From Mobula hypostoma (lineage: Eukaryota): a DNA stretch of 64,000 nucleotides. The DNA lies in the NCBI RefSeq assembly GCF_963921235.1, contig NC_086097.1, forward strand, positions 134,666,001 through 134,730,000, written 5' to 3'. Of this stretch, positions 51,041 through 64,000 are shown piece by piece. The notes beneath the pieces were generated by a model. That model ran no database searches. It was not told where the DNA came from and was given only the letters and a program-made list of their open reading frames with translations. The position numbers were made by a program, and so were the translations under genes. The stretch's first letter is position 1, and every line of letters begins with the position of its first letter.

Positions 51041-52804
51041 CCTCCTAGAACATCAAAACAGGGACTCTTTCCAGAACACATAAAGCAGTGATGATCTCTC
51101 TAGTACCTCTTAAAAGAACAGAGGTTCTCATGATTGTCACAGTGAACTGAGCATGGCATTTGTGTATACATGTGTGGTAGGGAAAGATGGTGGGGAAATA
51201 TTATCATAACATTGCTATGATTAAATCACATCATATCCACATCAAGCTTCACACAACAGAAGTCTTCTTCCAACAGATAAAAGCTAAAAATTAATGGATG
51301 CTATGATTGGTATTCATCATTCAAATTGACAAGGTTTTAATAATTTGGAAATAACAGAAGCAGTTTACATTATATTATTTAATGAATGCCTTATTTAATG
51401 AATGGATTCATCAAACAAAGCAAGTTGGATGGACAGAGAAAGCAGGCAATCATATGTAAAGGTTATATCTATGTAAATAAAAACATAATTACATGAATAG
51501 TTTGTGATGTTGTCCGAATAATACATAATAGAGGAAACCCACAAAGGTACACTAACCCTAATTCAGTAGTTTAAATAAATGCCATCCCCACAATCACCAG
51601 GTCCCAATACCAAATTCATTGGCCATTGCAATGCTTGTTTCATTAGCACCTATATTCAAAAGCCGGAAAATTCACAGAATTAATATGTTTCTGACCAGCA
51701 AGTGACTAAAGTCTCAAGAGGTATTTGCATCAATTGTGGAATGACTCAAGAGAGGAGGATATTTAGCCCGTCACATCTACACCAACAACAGGATGAGCAA
51801 AGGTAGTTTTTGATGTCTGGTGAAGAGCCTATTTTACCACACTGTATGAATATGTAATAGTTCTATGACTTAACAACAGAGTTAATCAATGCCTTCAAAC
51901 AGGAGGCTAGAGAGGCATCAGATTAAATAATTCAGAGTACTGCGGGGGAAAAGCCAGGAAAACAGCACTAATGGGTTACCTTACTTCAACTTGGGCTCAG
52001 CAAACCAGATGTTATTTATTCACCCAAAGGATAAAAGATTGCCCAAGCCCAGTAGTCCTGAACTGATAAGTGTCAACCACATCAGTTGACTGGGAATCAC
52101 AAGTTGGCCAGACAGGTAAAGAAGGACTTAACCAACCTCAACTTAAATACATCTACGCTATTCCTTTTAATCATTCTCTGATTGAGCACAATCTCACTAT
52201 GGTTCAGCTACAAGTACAAGGTTCAAAACACAAGAAATGCTAATTAACTGAAAGTGGTCAGCAGAATGGAGGTCATGAGGACACTTATAGTGTGGTTATG
52301 ATCTCCATTCTGCTACTGGAAATAACTGCAGTGCAACTTGGCAAAGAGGAAAAGCAGGCCAAGGTCCTCACTCCACTTACTCCACTTCGCAGTCAGACAC
52401 TGATGGAAGGAGTGAATCCAGACAGACAAAGTTACAATAACATCAAAACACCTCACTGCTACCACTTCAAAGTGTTGCTAACTCATGGTTTGATAAGAAA
52501 TACCATTTTGTAGATCAAGATGGTATAGACTAAGACTCAGTTAGCACTCAGCCAACGTTTGACAAAATGTCCCCTATTCTTCACTTTCAAACAGGAAAAA
52601 GGGAAAGAAAAATAGAATCTCCTGGCATGAAAATACTTTAGAAAACAAGCAGGGAATATGATGTAGCTCTGCTTTTCCTCAAAAAGAACGGAAGATAATT
52701 GACACACAGTCCATACAGTGCAGTGTCCATACAGTCTATTATACCACACAGAAAGAAGCCATTCGGTTCCTTGCAATGGCAAAAATAAAGAGAAAGGTTT
52801 CCAT

Positions 52805-53205
52805 CTTGAGTGTACCTTTCTCAACCACAGGATATCCTGAAGGTTTTTTTTAAAAACAAAATAGTACTTTTAAAACTACATTAATTACTGTACTAATGCA
52901 GAAAGTGTGACAGCCAATTTATGCATAGTAAGTTCCTGCAGTGATAATGATCAGATAACTTTATTCTTTAAAAATAATGGGATTAAAGGACAGATTTTGG
53001 AGACAGAGCTCCCCTGCTCTTTTTTCAAAATAAGATAATACATTCTTTCACATTTATCCAAGGAGTGCAGTCTGGATCTCATTCCACTGTTCAGTCTGAA
53101 AACTGACATTTCTGCCTCACTCAGTATTACACCAACACACTAGCCAAAATGTACATGCTCAAACCTCTGGATTGGGACTTGATTCTCACCCTTCAACCCA
53201 GGGCC
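52805..53205 (-). mobile_element. Deu-domain-like SINE
   Basis: cagccaatttatgcatag...gataatgatcagata...ctccctgctctt...gctcaaacctctggattgggacttga. Confidence 0.6.
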
Positions 53206-53369
53206 AGCTTCAAGCAGTCCTTTTACTATTGTCTCTTTCATGATGTCCTTCAAATACATTTCCTTCAACAGCTTATCCAACTTAACATTCCTAATAAATT
53301 AAATCTGCTCCCACTAGCTTTTGAAAGTAGAGGGTTCCAGGTCTGTAATACAACATCTCCCCATATCAC

Positions 53370-53712
53370 AAGACCTGACAGAAATTTATAAAATTATGAA
53401 AGGCATAGATTGAGTAAATAGAATAGTTTTCCAAGGGTAGAAATTTCAAATACTGTACATTTAAGGTTAAAGGGTCAAGTTTAAAGAAGTGTAGGCAAGG
53501 TTTTATTTGACTGGGTGCCTGTTACAGCCTTCCAGGGAGAATGGTAGTAGAAGATATGGTAATGGCAGTTGAGGTTTTTTGAATGAGCAGGGAATAGAGT
53601 GATATAGATCATGTGCAAACAGAAGGGGCTAGTTTAATTTGGCATCGAGTTCAGCACAGACATCACAGAGCAAGTGCAGGTCCCTGTGCTGTATTGTTTT
53701 AAGTTCCATACG
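53370..53712 (+). mobile_element. CR1 LINE 3' fragment
   Basis: gacctgacagaaatttataaaattatgaaaggcatagat (DL.E.YKIM.GID) and 3' UTR. Confidence 0.75.
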
Positions 53713-53892
53713 TTCTACCTTACCTCAGGTTCTTTTGCCAATCTTCTTGAACCTGTCACTGTCAGCCCTGCACTGAAATCTCAGGCTATCTTCTGGTGCT
53801 CGCTTTTCTGGACTGCCTTAACCCACAACCTGCTGAATTAGTGTTGAGAATGTAACCAAACAAACTACAGCTAACACCATAACCAAAAACAC

Positions 53893-54810
53893 AGAATCAG
53901 GTTTAACATCACTGGTGTATGTTGTGAAATCTGTTGTTTTTCAGCATTGCAGTTCATTGCAATACGTAATAAAATTACAGTAATTATATATATATTTAAA
54001 AAAAGAAAATTAAATTAAATAAGTGGTGCAAAAACAGAAGGGGAAGAAACACACTGAGGAAGTGCCCATGGTTTCAATGTCCATTTCGAAATATGGTGGA
54101 GGGTGTGAAGCTGTTCCTGAAACATTGTGCGCATCTCTTCAAGGAGGAAGTGCAGCAGCCTGATGGTAGCAATGAGGGCATGCCCTTAATGATGGATGCT
54201 GCCTTTTTGAGGCATTGCTTTTTGGAGGTGTCCTGGATCCGGACAGGCTGGTGCTTATGATAGAGGTGGCAGAGTTTACAAACTTCTGCAGCTTTTCCCA
54301 ACTACACCAGTGATGCAACCAGTTATAATGCTCTGCATGGTACATCTGTAGAAATTTACGAGTGTCTTTGGTGATATACCAATTCTCCTCAAATTCCTAA
54401 CGAACTATAGCCACTGTTGTGCCTTCTTTGTAATTGCATCCATGCATCGCATCAATCCTGAGGGCCCAGGATAGATTGTCAGTGACGTTAACACCAGAGA
54501 ACTTGAAACTGCTCACCCTTTCCACTCCTGGTCCCTTGATCAGGACTGGTGTATTTTCCCTTGCATTCCCCTTCCTGAAGTCCATAATCAATTCCTTGTT
54601 CTTACTGACATTGAGCGCAAGTTGTCTGTTGTGATACCACTCAACCAGCCGATCTATTTCACACCTGTATGCCTCTTTATCACCAGATGAAATTCTGCCA
54701 ACAATAGTTCTGTCATCGGCGAACTTACAAATGGTGTTATATCTGTGCCTAGCCACACAATGGGCTAAGAACACATCCATGAGGTGCTCCAGTGTTGACT
54801 GTCAGCAAAA
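53893..54810 (-). mobile_element. Rex1/Babar-like LINE fragment
   Basis: CKFADDRTIVGRISSGD...KELIMDFRK...VERVSSFKF; CLKKAASIIK. Confidence 0.9.
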
Positions 54811-55779
54811 GGACAAACATGGATTATCCTGGTGAACATGTTTCAGCTAACGTTGTAGAACAGAAGGTTTTCCTGAAGAGACTTGATGCTATTAGCTTAT
54901 TTTATAACCAAGAACTCAACAGATGTTCCTTACTGAACCCAGCAAAGTTTCAGGGAATTGCTCCAACTGATCTGCCAAGCAATGCCATTAGTCAAAATTA
55001 TACATGTCTGCTCAGTCCTTCCTTGGAAATGAACTAAGTATTACTTATAAAATACATAATACATTGATCTAATATGCAGCAAATACGCAGTAATGAATTA
55101 ACTAAGTGTTTAACTCATAGGAGAGATGTGTGCTCTGAACCACAGTTGGTGAGACAGAGATTAAGTTATGTGTCCTTTGGCATATTAGTATTTATATTGC
55201 AAATTGCTGAGTTAGTGGAAAAAATAATTGATGGTTCCTTAAAACTGAATGTCTTAGAGTAAAACGTGCTGAGTACAGAATAATGAAGAGGAAGGGAAGC
55301 AACGGAAAGCTATAAATTTGTTGTTAGGCAAGGTTATTACAGATAAAAGGCAAGGCAAATGGGATTAAGACTGACCATTAGATCAAGTGGCAGTACAGGA
55401 TCAGAGAGCTGAATGGCCCTCTCCTATCCCATCTACCTAATGTAACCCTTCATTTAATGTTACCTTGTTGATTTAACTAGCCCTGAAGGAAGCCACAAAG
55501 TGTGCAAACTGCAGATGGAGCTTTGTTATGGAACCTAAGAGCACCTCTAGGGAATTAGCATGAAATACACATAATGGCTGCCTGCCAGGCTGGTGCACTG
55601 AGGTACAGGCATTCATAGGTTACTTCGTACATTGAAAGATGGGGTACTGGACCAAAATCCTGCAGGGGCTTTGTATTCAGATCCTCTGCAAATGAGCTCC
55701 TGCAAAGATGTTCTCCTAGGCTTCCTGAAGGCATCCAATAGCAGCTGAGTGCCACGTATCCTGACAGCGGCTTTTTACT

Positions 55780-56300
55780 CCACAGAACATGGAACAGCAC
55801 TGCACCATTACAAACCCTTCACCCCACGTTTGTGACAAATGCAATGTAAAATTAAGCTAATCCACCCACCTGCACATGACCTATATCCTTCCATTCCCTG
55901 CATATTCACGTACTTTTCTAAAAACCTTCAAGATATGCCTTCTTGTATCCACCATTGAGAATAGGAAAACGATTCTGGCTATCTGCCCTATTTATGCCTC
56001 TCAATTATATAATATTCCATCAGCTCTCTGCTCAGCCTCTAGCACTCCAGAGAGAACAACCTGTTTGCCCAACCTCTCCTTAAAACTCAAATCGTCTAAT
56101 CCAGGTGGCATCCTGGTAAACTTCCTCTACACCCTTTCCAAAGCCTCCACATTCATCCTGCAACGGGGAAACCAAATCTTCATGCAAGACCCCAGCTGCA
56201 GTCCAACCAGAGTTTTATACAGCTATGACACGGCTTCCTAACTCTAATACTCTACGCCCTTTACAATGAAAGCAATCATGCCATATGCTTTCTTTGCCAG
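55780..56300 (-). mobile_element. CR1 LINE 3' fragment
   Basis: aatccaggtggcatcctggtaaacttcctctacaccctttccaaagcctccacat; tail acagaacatggaacagcac. Confidence 0.8.
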
Positions 56301-56379
56301 TACATAGCAGTGTTAGCAGTTATCCTGAACCACTGGCACCAAATCTAAGGATAATCTTCTGCATAACAAGTGCAGAGTC

Positions 56380-57555
56380 ATCAGTGCACAACACCAAATA
56401 ATGCACAAAACTCTGGCCTCCATCTTATAAAAAGAATAGTAAACAATGGAGTAGGTACAAAAAGATTCCCAGGAACAATCCAATCACCAGCAAGCTGCAG
56501 AGAGTAGAGAACACAGCTCATCGCATCACAGAAACCAGCCTCTCTTCCATGGACTCCATCTGCACTTCTTGCTGCCCCAGTAAAGCAGCCAGCATAATCA
56601 AAGACCCCACCCACCCCAGACCTTTGCTCTTCTCCCCCCACCCCCGATGGGCAAAAGTTATAAGACTGAAAGCATAGACTACCACATTCAAGCACAGCTT
56701 GTTGTTCTTTTCCACACCTCGCGATGCATTGGGCAGCAACTTTAGCTCGCTGACACTCCACCCAACACAGGTGGAAAGCGTGCAAGGAGCCAACCAGGTT
56801 TGAACCCAGAACCACTCACCTCGAAGTCCGGTGCGGATACCACTACATCACCGGCTGGCTTTCAAGGACAGCTTATCCTGCTGCTATTATACTACTAAAT
56901 GATTTCCCTGTACAATAAAATCAGAATCCGGTATAGTATCAATGGCATATGCCGTGAAATTTGTTAACTTTTACAGCAGCAGTACAATGAGTCCAGAGAA
57001 CCAAAAAAACTGAGTTAAGTTTATAAATGTCTATTAAATCATTAAAATAAGTAATGCAAAAAACAGAAATAAAAAAGTAGTGAGGTAGTGTTCATGGGTT
57101 CAATGTCCATTCAGAAATCAAAAGGCAGAGGGGAAGGAGCTGTTCCTGAATCGCTGAGCGTGTGGCTTCAGACTTCTGCACCAACACCTTCTTCCTGATG
57201 GTAACAGTGTAAAGAGGGCATGTCCTTGGTGGTAGGCATCCTAAGGCATCACTCCTTGAGGATGTCTTGAGTACTACGGGGGCTAGTACCCATGATGGAG
57301 CAGATAGACTCTTGTTATCACAATCTATTGCGTTATGTCCTTGAACCTTATCGTTGACCTGTACTGCACTTTCTCTGCTACTGCAACACTTTATTCTGTA
57401 TTGTTATTGATCTCCTTTGCACTGCCACAGTACACTATTGTAATGAAATGATCTGTATGGATGGGATGCAAAACAAGATTTTTCACTGTACCTCACTCAG
57501 TACATGTAACAATAATAAACCAATTTACCAATAACAAACCAATTTAGTTTACCAA
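56380..57555 (+). mobile_element. Rex1/Babar-like 3' fragment interrupted by a SINE (56701-56860) and an opposite-strand Rex/Babar tail (about 56920-57300)
   Basis: aagctgcagagagtag...gcagccagcataatcaaagacccc...; resumes at gactcttg and ends aataataaaccaatttacc. Confidence 0.8.
56701..56860 (-). mobile_element. Short (160 bp) tRNA-derived SINE with 14-bp TSD
   Basis: Minus strand has A-box-like tgatgtagtgg and B-box ggttcaaacc; ttcaag(c/g)acagctt at 56687-56700 and 56861-56874. Confidence 0.8.
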
Positions 57556-57909
57556 ACCACAAATGTATAACTGTCAGGCTCCTCCCTCTGTAAAAGAGGA
57601 AGTTACAGGATGCCTAACAGAAATACTTAAACTGTTGTAAGTGTGATTGCATAGGTATGTCTTCATTGTTGAAGAGACCACACAAGTTTCTCATTCACCC
57701 AGTCGGAAACTCAGGAGAATGTTCTTTACTCAAGTGATGAAATGTGGAACTTATTCCCAATTGATGAATAGAAGAGATGCATGCAAGGGTAATCTGAATC
57801 AGAGCAGAAGTAAAAAGGTATGGTAATGGTGAAACAGCAGGTGAACATTAGCAGAGGGCAACTAAAGTGACTGCCCTGTTTCTGAGCTGTAAATGCCATG
57901 TGAAAAATG

Positions 57910-58030
57910 ATAAACAAGAGAAAATCTGCAGGCGCTGGAAATCCGAGCAACACACACAAAATGCTGGAGGAACTCAGCAGGCCAGGCAGCATCTATGAAA
58001 AAAGTACAGTCGACATAACGGGCTGAAACC
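57910..58030 (-). mobile_element. Penelope terminal-repeat fragment
   Basis: aaaatctgcaggcgctggaaatcc...aaaatgctggaggaactcagcaggccaggcagcatctatg. Confidence 0.8.
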
Positions 58031-58599
58031 TGACATATAGGCACAGAGGACAACCAAAAAAATAGTTAATTAAATCATAAATTTAGCGGAGTAACAAGTT
58101 ACTTCACAACTCTACAATCTTCCCACCCTACACATCCTCAATTTCTACACTCTTACAATTCTGACCATTTATGCATTTCAAATTCAATCACACCACCATA
58201 GCAGGCATACCCTCAGTATCAAGATGTCATACTCCGATATCCTCTCCCTGAACAACTCTACATCTCTATCACTCTTGCCTTTGATAGTGAATCATTGTTA
58301 CCCAAGGTATTGGTCGGATGGACTTGTTAAGTGGTTGCACGTCAGATGTACAGTGTCTTGGGAAGTTTTATTTCTTTAAAGGCACCATTTAAATTCCAGT
58401 TCCTCAAGTATGTGTGGTATGACTTTATTGGTGCAAAGGACAAGCTAAATTCATGTAGGTCTAAAGACAGAATGGTAAAGGAACTCAGTGGGTCAAGCAA
58501 CTTCTGTGGAGGAAGAAGGATAATCGACTCACTGAGTACAAACAGCTTATTCTCTGCTCCAGATACTAGCATCTGCAGTCTTGTGTCTCTTTGCAGGTA

Positions 58600-59805
58600 C
58601 CCACCTGCTTCAAACAGGCTTTAATCATACTGGTGCCCAAGAAAAATGTGGTAACCTGCCTTAATGCCTATCATCCAGTAGCACTTTCATCCCAACAGGT
58701 TAGTGATGAAACACATCAACTCCTGCCTGAGAAGCAACTTGGATCTACTCCAATGTGCCTACCGTAACAACAGGTCAATAGCAGATGCCATTTCATTGGT
58801 TCTTCATTCAACCCTGGAAACCTGCATATATCAGGATGCTCTTCATTGACTACAGTTCTGCATTTAACACTATCAACCTCTTAAAATTGATCAATAAGCT
58901 CCAAGACCCAAGTGGCAATACCTTCTTGTGCAACTGGATCCTCTATTTCCTTAATTGCAGACCCCAATCAGTTCGGATTGGCAACATCTCCACCACAATT
59001 GCCATCAGCACCAACTGATTGTTGACTACAGGAGGTGGTAATCAGAGTTCCATGAGCCAGCCTTCTTCAGGGAATCAGAGGTAGGGAGGGTCAGCAACTT
59101 TAAATTCCTCTGTGTCATTACTTCAGCACGTAACAGCCATTACAAAAAAATGGCATAGCAGATCCTCTACTTTCTTAGAAGCTTATGAAGATTCCGCATG
59201 TCATCTGAAATTTTGACAAACTTCTATAGATGTACAGTGGAAAGCATACTGATTGGTCACATCACGGCTTAGTACCAAAACACCAAAGTCCTTGAATGGA
59301 GAAAATCTACAAAAAGTAGTGAATACAGCCCAGTCCATCACGAGTAAAGCCCTCCCCATCAATGAGCACAGTTATAATAAGCGCTGTTGTAGGAAAGCAG
59401 CATCCATCATCAAGGGCCCCACTATCAAGGCCACTCTCTCTTCCCACTGGTGGCATCAGGAAGGTGGTACAGGAGCCTTAAGTCCCAAGCCACCATGTTC
59501 AGGAACAGTTATTACCCCTCAACCATAAGGCTCTTGAACTAAAGGGAATAACCTCATTCACTCCAACCGTGAACAATTGGTGGACTCACTCTGAAAGACC
59601 CTACAACTTGTGTTCTAGATATTTATTGCTCATTTATTATGATTTTTTTCCTTTTATTGCATTTGCAAATTTGTCATCTTTTGCACATTGGTTGTCTGTC
59701 TTTGTCATGTGCTGTTTTTCATTGACTCTATTATGTTTCTTCGTATCTATTGTGAAAGCCTGAAAGAAAATTAAACTCAGGGTAGTATATGTACTTGGAA
59801 CTTCG
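58600..59805 (+). mobile_element. Rex1/Babar-like LINE, internally deleted
   Basis: [16 protein letters not shown]...[27 protein letters not shown]. Confidence 0.9.
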
Positions 59806-59854
59806 AATCATTTCTTCAAGTCCACATGCTCTTTGTTTTGTCAGATGAGTGCAA

Positions 59855-61590
59855 AATGCTCTAACTCCATCTACAAATTTGCAGATGATACAACTGCAAT
59901 GTGCCAAATCTAAAATAACAATGAGTTGGAGTACAGGAAGAAGTTGGAGAATCTAGTGACTTCAGGAAGGTTGGGGGGGCGGGGGGCAGCAGTGAACACA
60001 CTCCTGTTTACATCAATAGTGCTGAGATCAAGAGGGTTGAGAGCTTCAAGTTCCTTGGAGTAAACATTACCAATAGACTGTCCTGCTCAAACCATGGCCA
60101 AGAGAGTGCACAAGCACCTCAACTTTCTCAGCAGTCTAAAGAAATATGGCATGTCACCTTTGATTCTAACTAATTTTTATAGAAGCACATAGAAATTCAA
60201 AGTTCAAAATAAAATTATCAAATTATATATATGTTACTATACACTACCTTGAGAGTAATTTCCTTGCAGACATTTACAGGGGGAAAAAAATGTAGCAGAA
60301 CGTTATGAAGACTGATAAACAACCAACATGAAAAAAGCAAGTAGTGCACGAATAAAAGTAATACTGAGAACACGAGTCTGTAGGTTGTAAAATCAGTTCA
60401 GAGTGGTAGTGAAAGTAGTTATCCATGCAAGATCAGGAACCTGATAGCTGCAGGGTAATAGTATTCCTGAACCTCGTGGCATGGAACCTAAGGCTTCAGA
60501 GCATCCTGCCCATGGTAGTAGTGGGAAGAAGTTTATGGCCAAGATGGTAGGATCTTTGATGACAGATACTGCACTCCATGTAAATGGTGGAGAAGGTTTT
60601 TCCTATGATAGCTGGGCTGTATCAGTAGCCTTTTTCCATTCCTGGGCATTGGTGTTTCCATACCAGACCATGATGCAAACAGTTAGATATTCTCTGATGT
60701 GCATCTACAGATGTTTGTCAAAGTTTTTGGTGACATTCAGAATATACACAAACTTATAATGAAGTTGAGGTTGAGGTTGTGTTGTGCCTTCTTTGCGTTG
60801 GTACTTACGTTCTAGTTCCAGGACAGATCCGCTGATATGTTAACGCCAAGGAATTTAACACTACTGACCCTCTCCACCTCCATTCCCCAAATAAGGTCTG
60901 GCTCGTGGACCTCCAGCTTCTCCCTTCTGTAGCTGATATTTATCTCTCTGCGTTTGCTGAGTGAGAGGTGGTTGTTGTGGCACCATTCGACCAAATTTTC
61001 ACTCTCTCTCCTAAATGCAATTCATCATGACTTTGATTTGGCCAACAGCAACGGAGTTTTCAGCAAACATGAATATGGCATCCTATCTGGTTGGATCACA
61101 GTTTGATCTGCCCTGGACCACAAGAAACTGCAGAGAGTTGTAGACATAGCATAGCACATCATTGAATCCAATCTGCCTTCAGTGGACACCGTCCACAATT
61201 CTCACTGCCTCGTGGCAAAGCAGCCAACATTATCAAAGGCCCCACCAATCCCAGACATTCTATCTTCAGTGCCTTCTCATTAGGCAAAAGACACAAACTC
61301 TGAAAGCACATACCACCAAGCTCAAGGACAGCTTCTACTCCACCGTTATAAAAATATTGAATGGTCCCCAGTACGATGAGATGAACTTTTGACTTCATAA
61401 TGTACCTCATTATGGTGTTGCACCTTAATGTCTGCCTGCACTTTAACTGTAAAACTTTATTCTGCTTTCTGCTGTTTTCCATTGTATTATCTCAATGCCC
61501 TGAAGAGATGAAACGATCTGTATGGATGGCATGCAGTTTTTCCCACCGTACCTCAGCACATGAGACAATAATAAACCAATTAATTTAAAT
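59855..61590. mobile_element. Rex1/Babar fragment (+; about 59855-60190 and 61075-61590) interrupted by a minus-strand Rex/Babar copy (about 60192-61075)
   Basis: tacaaatttgcagatgataca (YKFADDT) to aatttttatagaagc, resuming at atcctatctggttggatcac; inserted copy has VERVSSVKFLGVNISADLSW and a (ttcaaag)n tail. Confidence 0.8.
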
Positions 61591-62107
61591 TAAAAATTAC
61601 ATTGACGTGTCTCATGTTGATCATGGTCAAATACAGTTAAATATGATTTTAAATAATCAAGAACACAAACAAATTAACCTGCCTTTTTAATTAATCTAAT
61701 TGCCATTTGTGAGAGTTTCTTGATGCAACTGGCTGCCACATCTTTGATACTGTAAAACACTTCTGGGCTAAATGACAATTTGCAAGTTGCAATATACATG
61801 CAAGTTCTTTCCCTTGAAAAAAATCAAAAAGGGCTGCATGTGCTGGAAATCCAAAATAAAAACAATAATGTGCTGTAAAATATTCAACAGTTCAGTTTCC
61901 ATCAATGAGAAAGAAAAACAGAATTAACTTTTCAGCCCCGAACAAGGGGTAAGCAACTTATTGACAAGAAATGGTAGGCTAGGTACTGATTGACTATTTC
62001 CTGTGGCTACAGGGTCTAGAACTGGGAGCAATACTTCAGGACAAAGATTGTAATAAGGAGATGTTAGTTTAACATGGTTGTGATGCTTCATTCCAGAGGG
62101 CTATGTA

Positions 62108-62658
62108 CACTCAATGGCCACTATATTAAGTACCTCCTATATCTAATAAAGTCACCACTGAGTGCACGTTTGTGGTCTTCTGCTGCTGTCGCCCATCCAC
62201 TTCAAGGATTGACATGTGCGTCCAGAGCTGCTCTTATGCACACCGCCGTTGTAATGCATGGTTATTTAAGTTACTATTGCCTCCTATCAACTTGAACTAG
62301 TTTGACCATTCTGCTCTGATTTCTTGCATTTTTGCCCACAGAACTGCTACTCACTAAATACTTTTTTGTTTTTTTGCACCATTCTCTGTAAACTCTAGAC
62401 TGCTGTGCGTGAAAATCCCAGGAGATGAGCAGTTTCTGAAATACTCAAACCACCCCGTATGGCGCCAACAATCATTCCACAATCAAAGTCACTAAAAAAA
62501 AAATCACATTTCCTCCCTATTCTGATGTTTGGTCTAAACAACAGCTGAACCTCTTGACCATGGCTGCATGCTTTTATACACTGAGTTGCTGCCACATAAT
62601 TGACTGTTTAGATACTTGCTTTAACAAGCAGGTGGACCTAATAAGCGGCCATTGAGTG
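62108..62658 (-). mobile_element. Non-autonomous Tc1/mariner element retaining the transposase N-terminal HTH
   Basis: TIR cactcaatggcc and ggccattgagtg flanked by TA on both sides; SDFDCGMIVGAIRGGLSISETAHLLGFSRTAV. Confidence 0.9.
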
Positions 62659-63084
62659 TACATTCAGTCAGTGAGTGCATTCAAAACAGAACTCAATGGG
62701 TTTTTGATATTAGAGCATTCAGGAATATGGGGATTAAACTGGACAATGGGCTTTAGGTACATGATCAGCCATGATCTTATTGAATGGCAGATTAGGTTTC
62801 AGGAGATATATGGCCTCTGCCAACTATTTCTTTTGATCTTAACATTGTCAAAAGGTATGTGCTTGGCCATTTGCCTTCAAAACACAAAGCTGTAAGTAAA
62901 ATCCTAGCAAAACAATTGGGCATGAAAATGTGGGTTGTCACTCCAAGGCTGTACTGAGTTAGAGCACAGTACACAGAGCAGTCGTGGAACTCGAGTGAAC
63001 ACAGAAGCTCCTGTGCCGTCACTCAAAAAGATGATGATCTACTTTCCCAGGAAAGGGGATCTAAAACCTAGTGGGCATAGGAGA

Positions 63085-64000
63085 ATTGATTTATTGTCAT
63101 ATGTACTAAGGTACAGTGAAAAAAATCTTGCATACCATCCATACAGATCAATTCATTACAATGATGCATTGAGTTAGTACAAAATTAAGAGTGTCGAATA
63201 AAGTATCAAAGTATAGAAGTGTAGTGCAGATAGATAGTAAGGTGAACGGTCACAAATAGGTAAATTGCAAAGTCCATTTTATCGTTCTAGAGAAACCAGC
63301 CTGGTATCATCTGCCTAATAGGAGTCGGAAAAGAGGCATTTCTGGGGTGGGTGAGATCTTTAATTACACTGGCTGCTTTAAAGATGCAGACAGAGTTCAT
63401 GGAAGGAGGGCGAGTTTCCATGATGTGCTGAGCTGGAACCACAACTGTCTTTGGTTTCTTGATATAATGGGCAGCGCTATGACGCATTGAATGTGGAACT
63501 GATTTATTATTGTCACATGTACTGAGATACCGTGAAAAGCTTGTCTTGCATACTGTTCATACAGATCACAGTGCATTGAAGTAGAACAAGGTAAAACAAT
63601 AACAGAAAGTAAAATAAGTTATAACAGCTAGAGAAAGTACAGTGGAGGCTGACAGCAAGGTGCTAGGTCAGAACGAGGTAGATCGTGAGGTCAAGAGTCC
63701 ACCTTATTCTACTAGAAAACCACTTAAGTAGACTTATAACAGCAGGGTAGGTGACCTTGATAGTTGTGGTATGTGCTTTCAGGCTTTTGTATCTTCTGCC
63801 CAATGGAAGTGGGGAGACAAGAGAATGTTTAGGGAGTATGAGGTTTTTGATTATGCTGGCCATGTAACTGAGCCAGCTAGAAGTATAGAGAAAGTCACAG
63901 AGCGGAGGGGAGGCTGGTTTTCATGATGTTCTAAACCTAAAGGGAGTTGTGGACAAGAACAGCAATTGCCACATCATGCCGTTATGAATCCAGATATGAT
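63085..64000 (-). mobile_element. Two adjacent Rex1/Babar-like 3' fragments (about 63085-63480 and 63495-64000)
   Basis: KAASVIKDLTHP and ASIIKNL..P.HSL.SPLPLGRRYKSLKAHTT; both tails read gatttatt(a)ttgtcac/atatgtact on plus. Confidence 0.85.

Noticed and set aside
56790..56860. tRNA gene
   Set aside because: A/B-like boxes are present, but it is the head of a TSD-flanked SINE and I could not fold a convincing cloverleaf.
1..64000. Prokaryotic-style systems (CRISPR array, retron, defence operon) suggested by RT fragments and repeats
   Set aside because: The DNA is eukaryotic and intronic. All RT fragments belong to decayed non-LTR or Penelope elements, and there is no regularly spaced repeat-spacer array.
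47490..64000. ZNF407 promoter or first exon
   Set aside because: No CpG island or convincing exon is visible; the promoter probably lies beyond position 64000.

Overview
This is vertebrate genomic DNA, not a prokaryotic locus. The repeat families resemble those of cartilaginous fishes, probably a ray; that is inference from repeat style only. The window lies inside one minus-strand gene, ZNF407. Its giant first coding exon is 47489..42076 (CDS from 47425, 19 C2H2-type fingers). A 30.3 kb intron follows, then a 115-bp coding exon at 11768..11654 that the ORF track does not show in its correct frame. No promoter, first exon or further coding exon was recognised, so the gene probably extends past both window ends. 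The rest is intronic and dense in decayed retroelements (CR1, Rex1/Babar, L2, L1/Tx1, Penelope-like, SINEs), with two DNA-transposon derivatives (hAT, Tc1) and a few repeat-poor AT-rich blocks that may be conserved enhancers. Nearly all short ORFs in the track are TE fragments or noise. I found no convincing new biological system. The best leads are modest: candidate ZNF407 regulation (uORFs, an intronic poly(A) site), a repeated zinc-finger doublet architecture, a near-perfect 83-bp hairpin insertion, a shared composite-retroelement junction, and two unexplained unique segments. Repeat boundaries are by eye and approximate unless a TSD or TIR is quoted.
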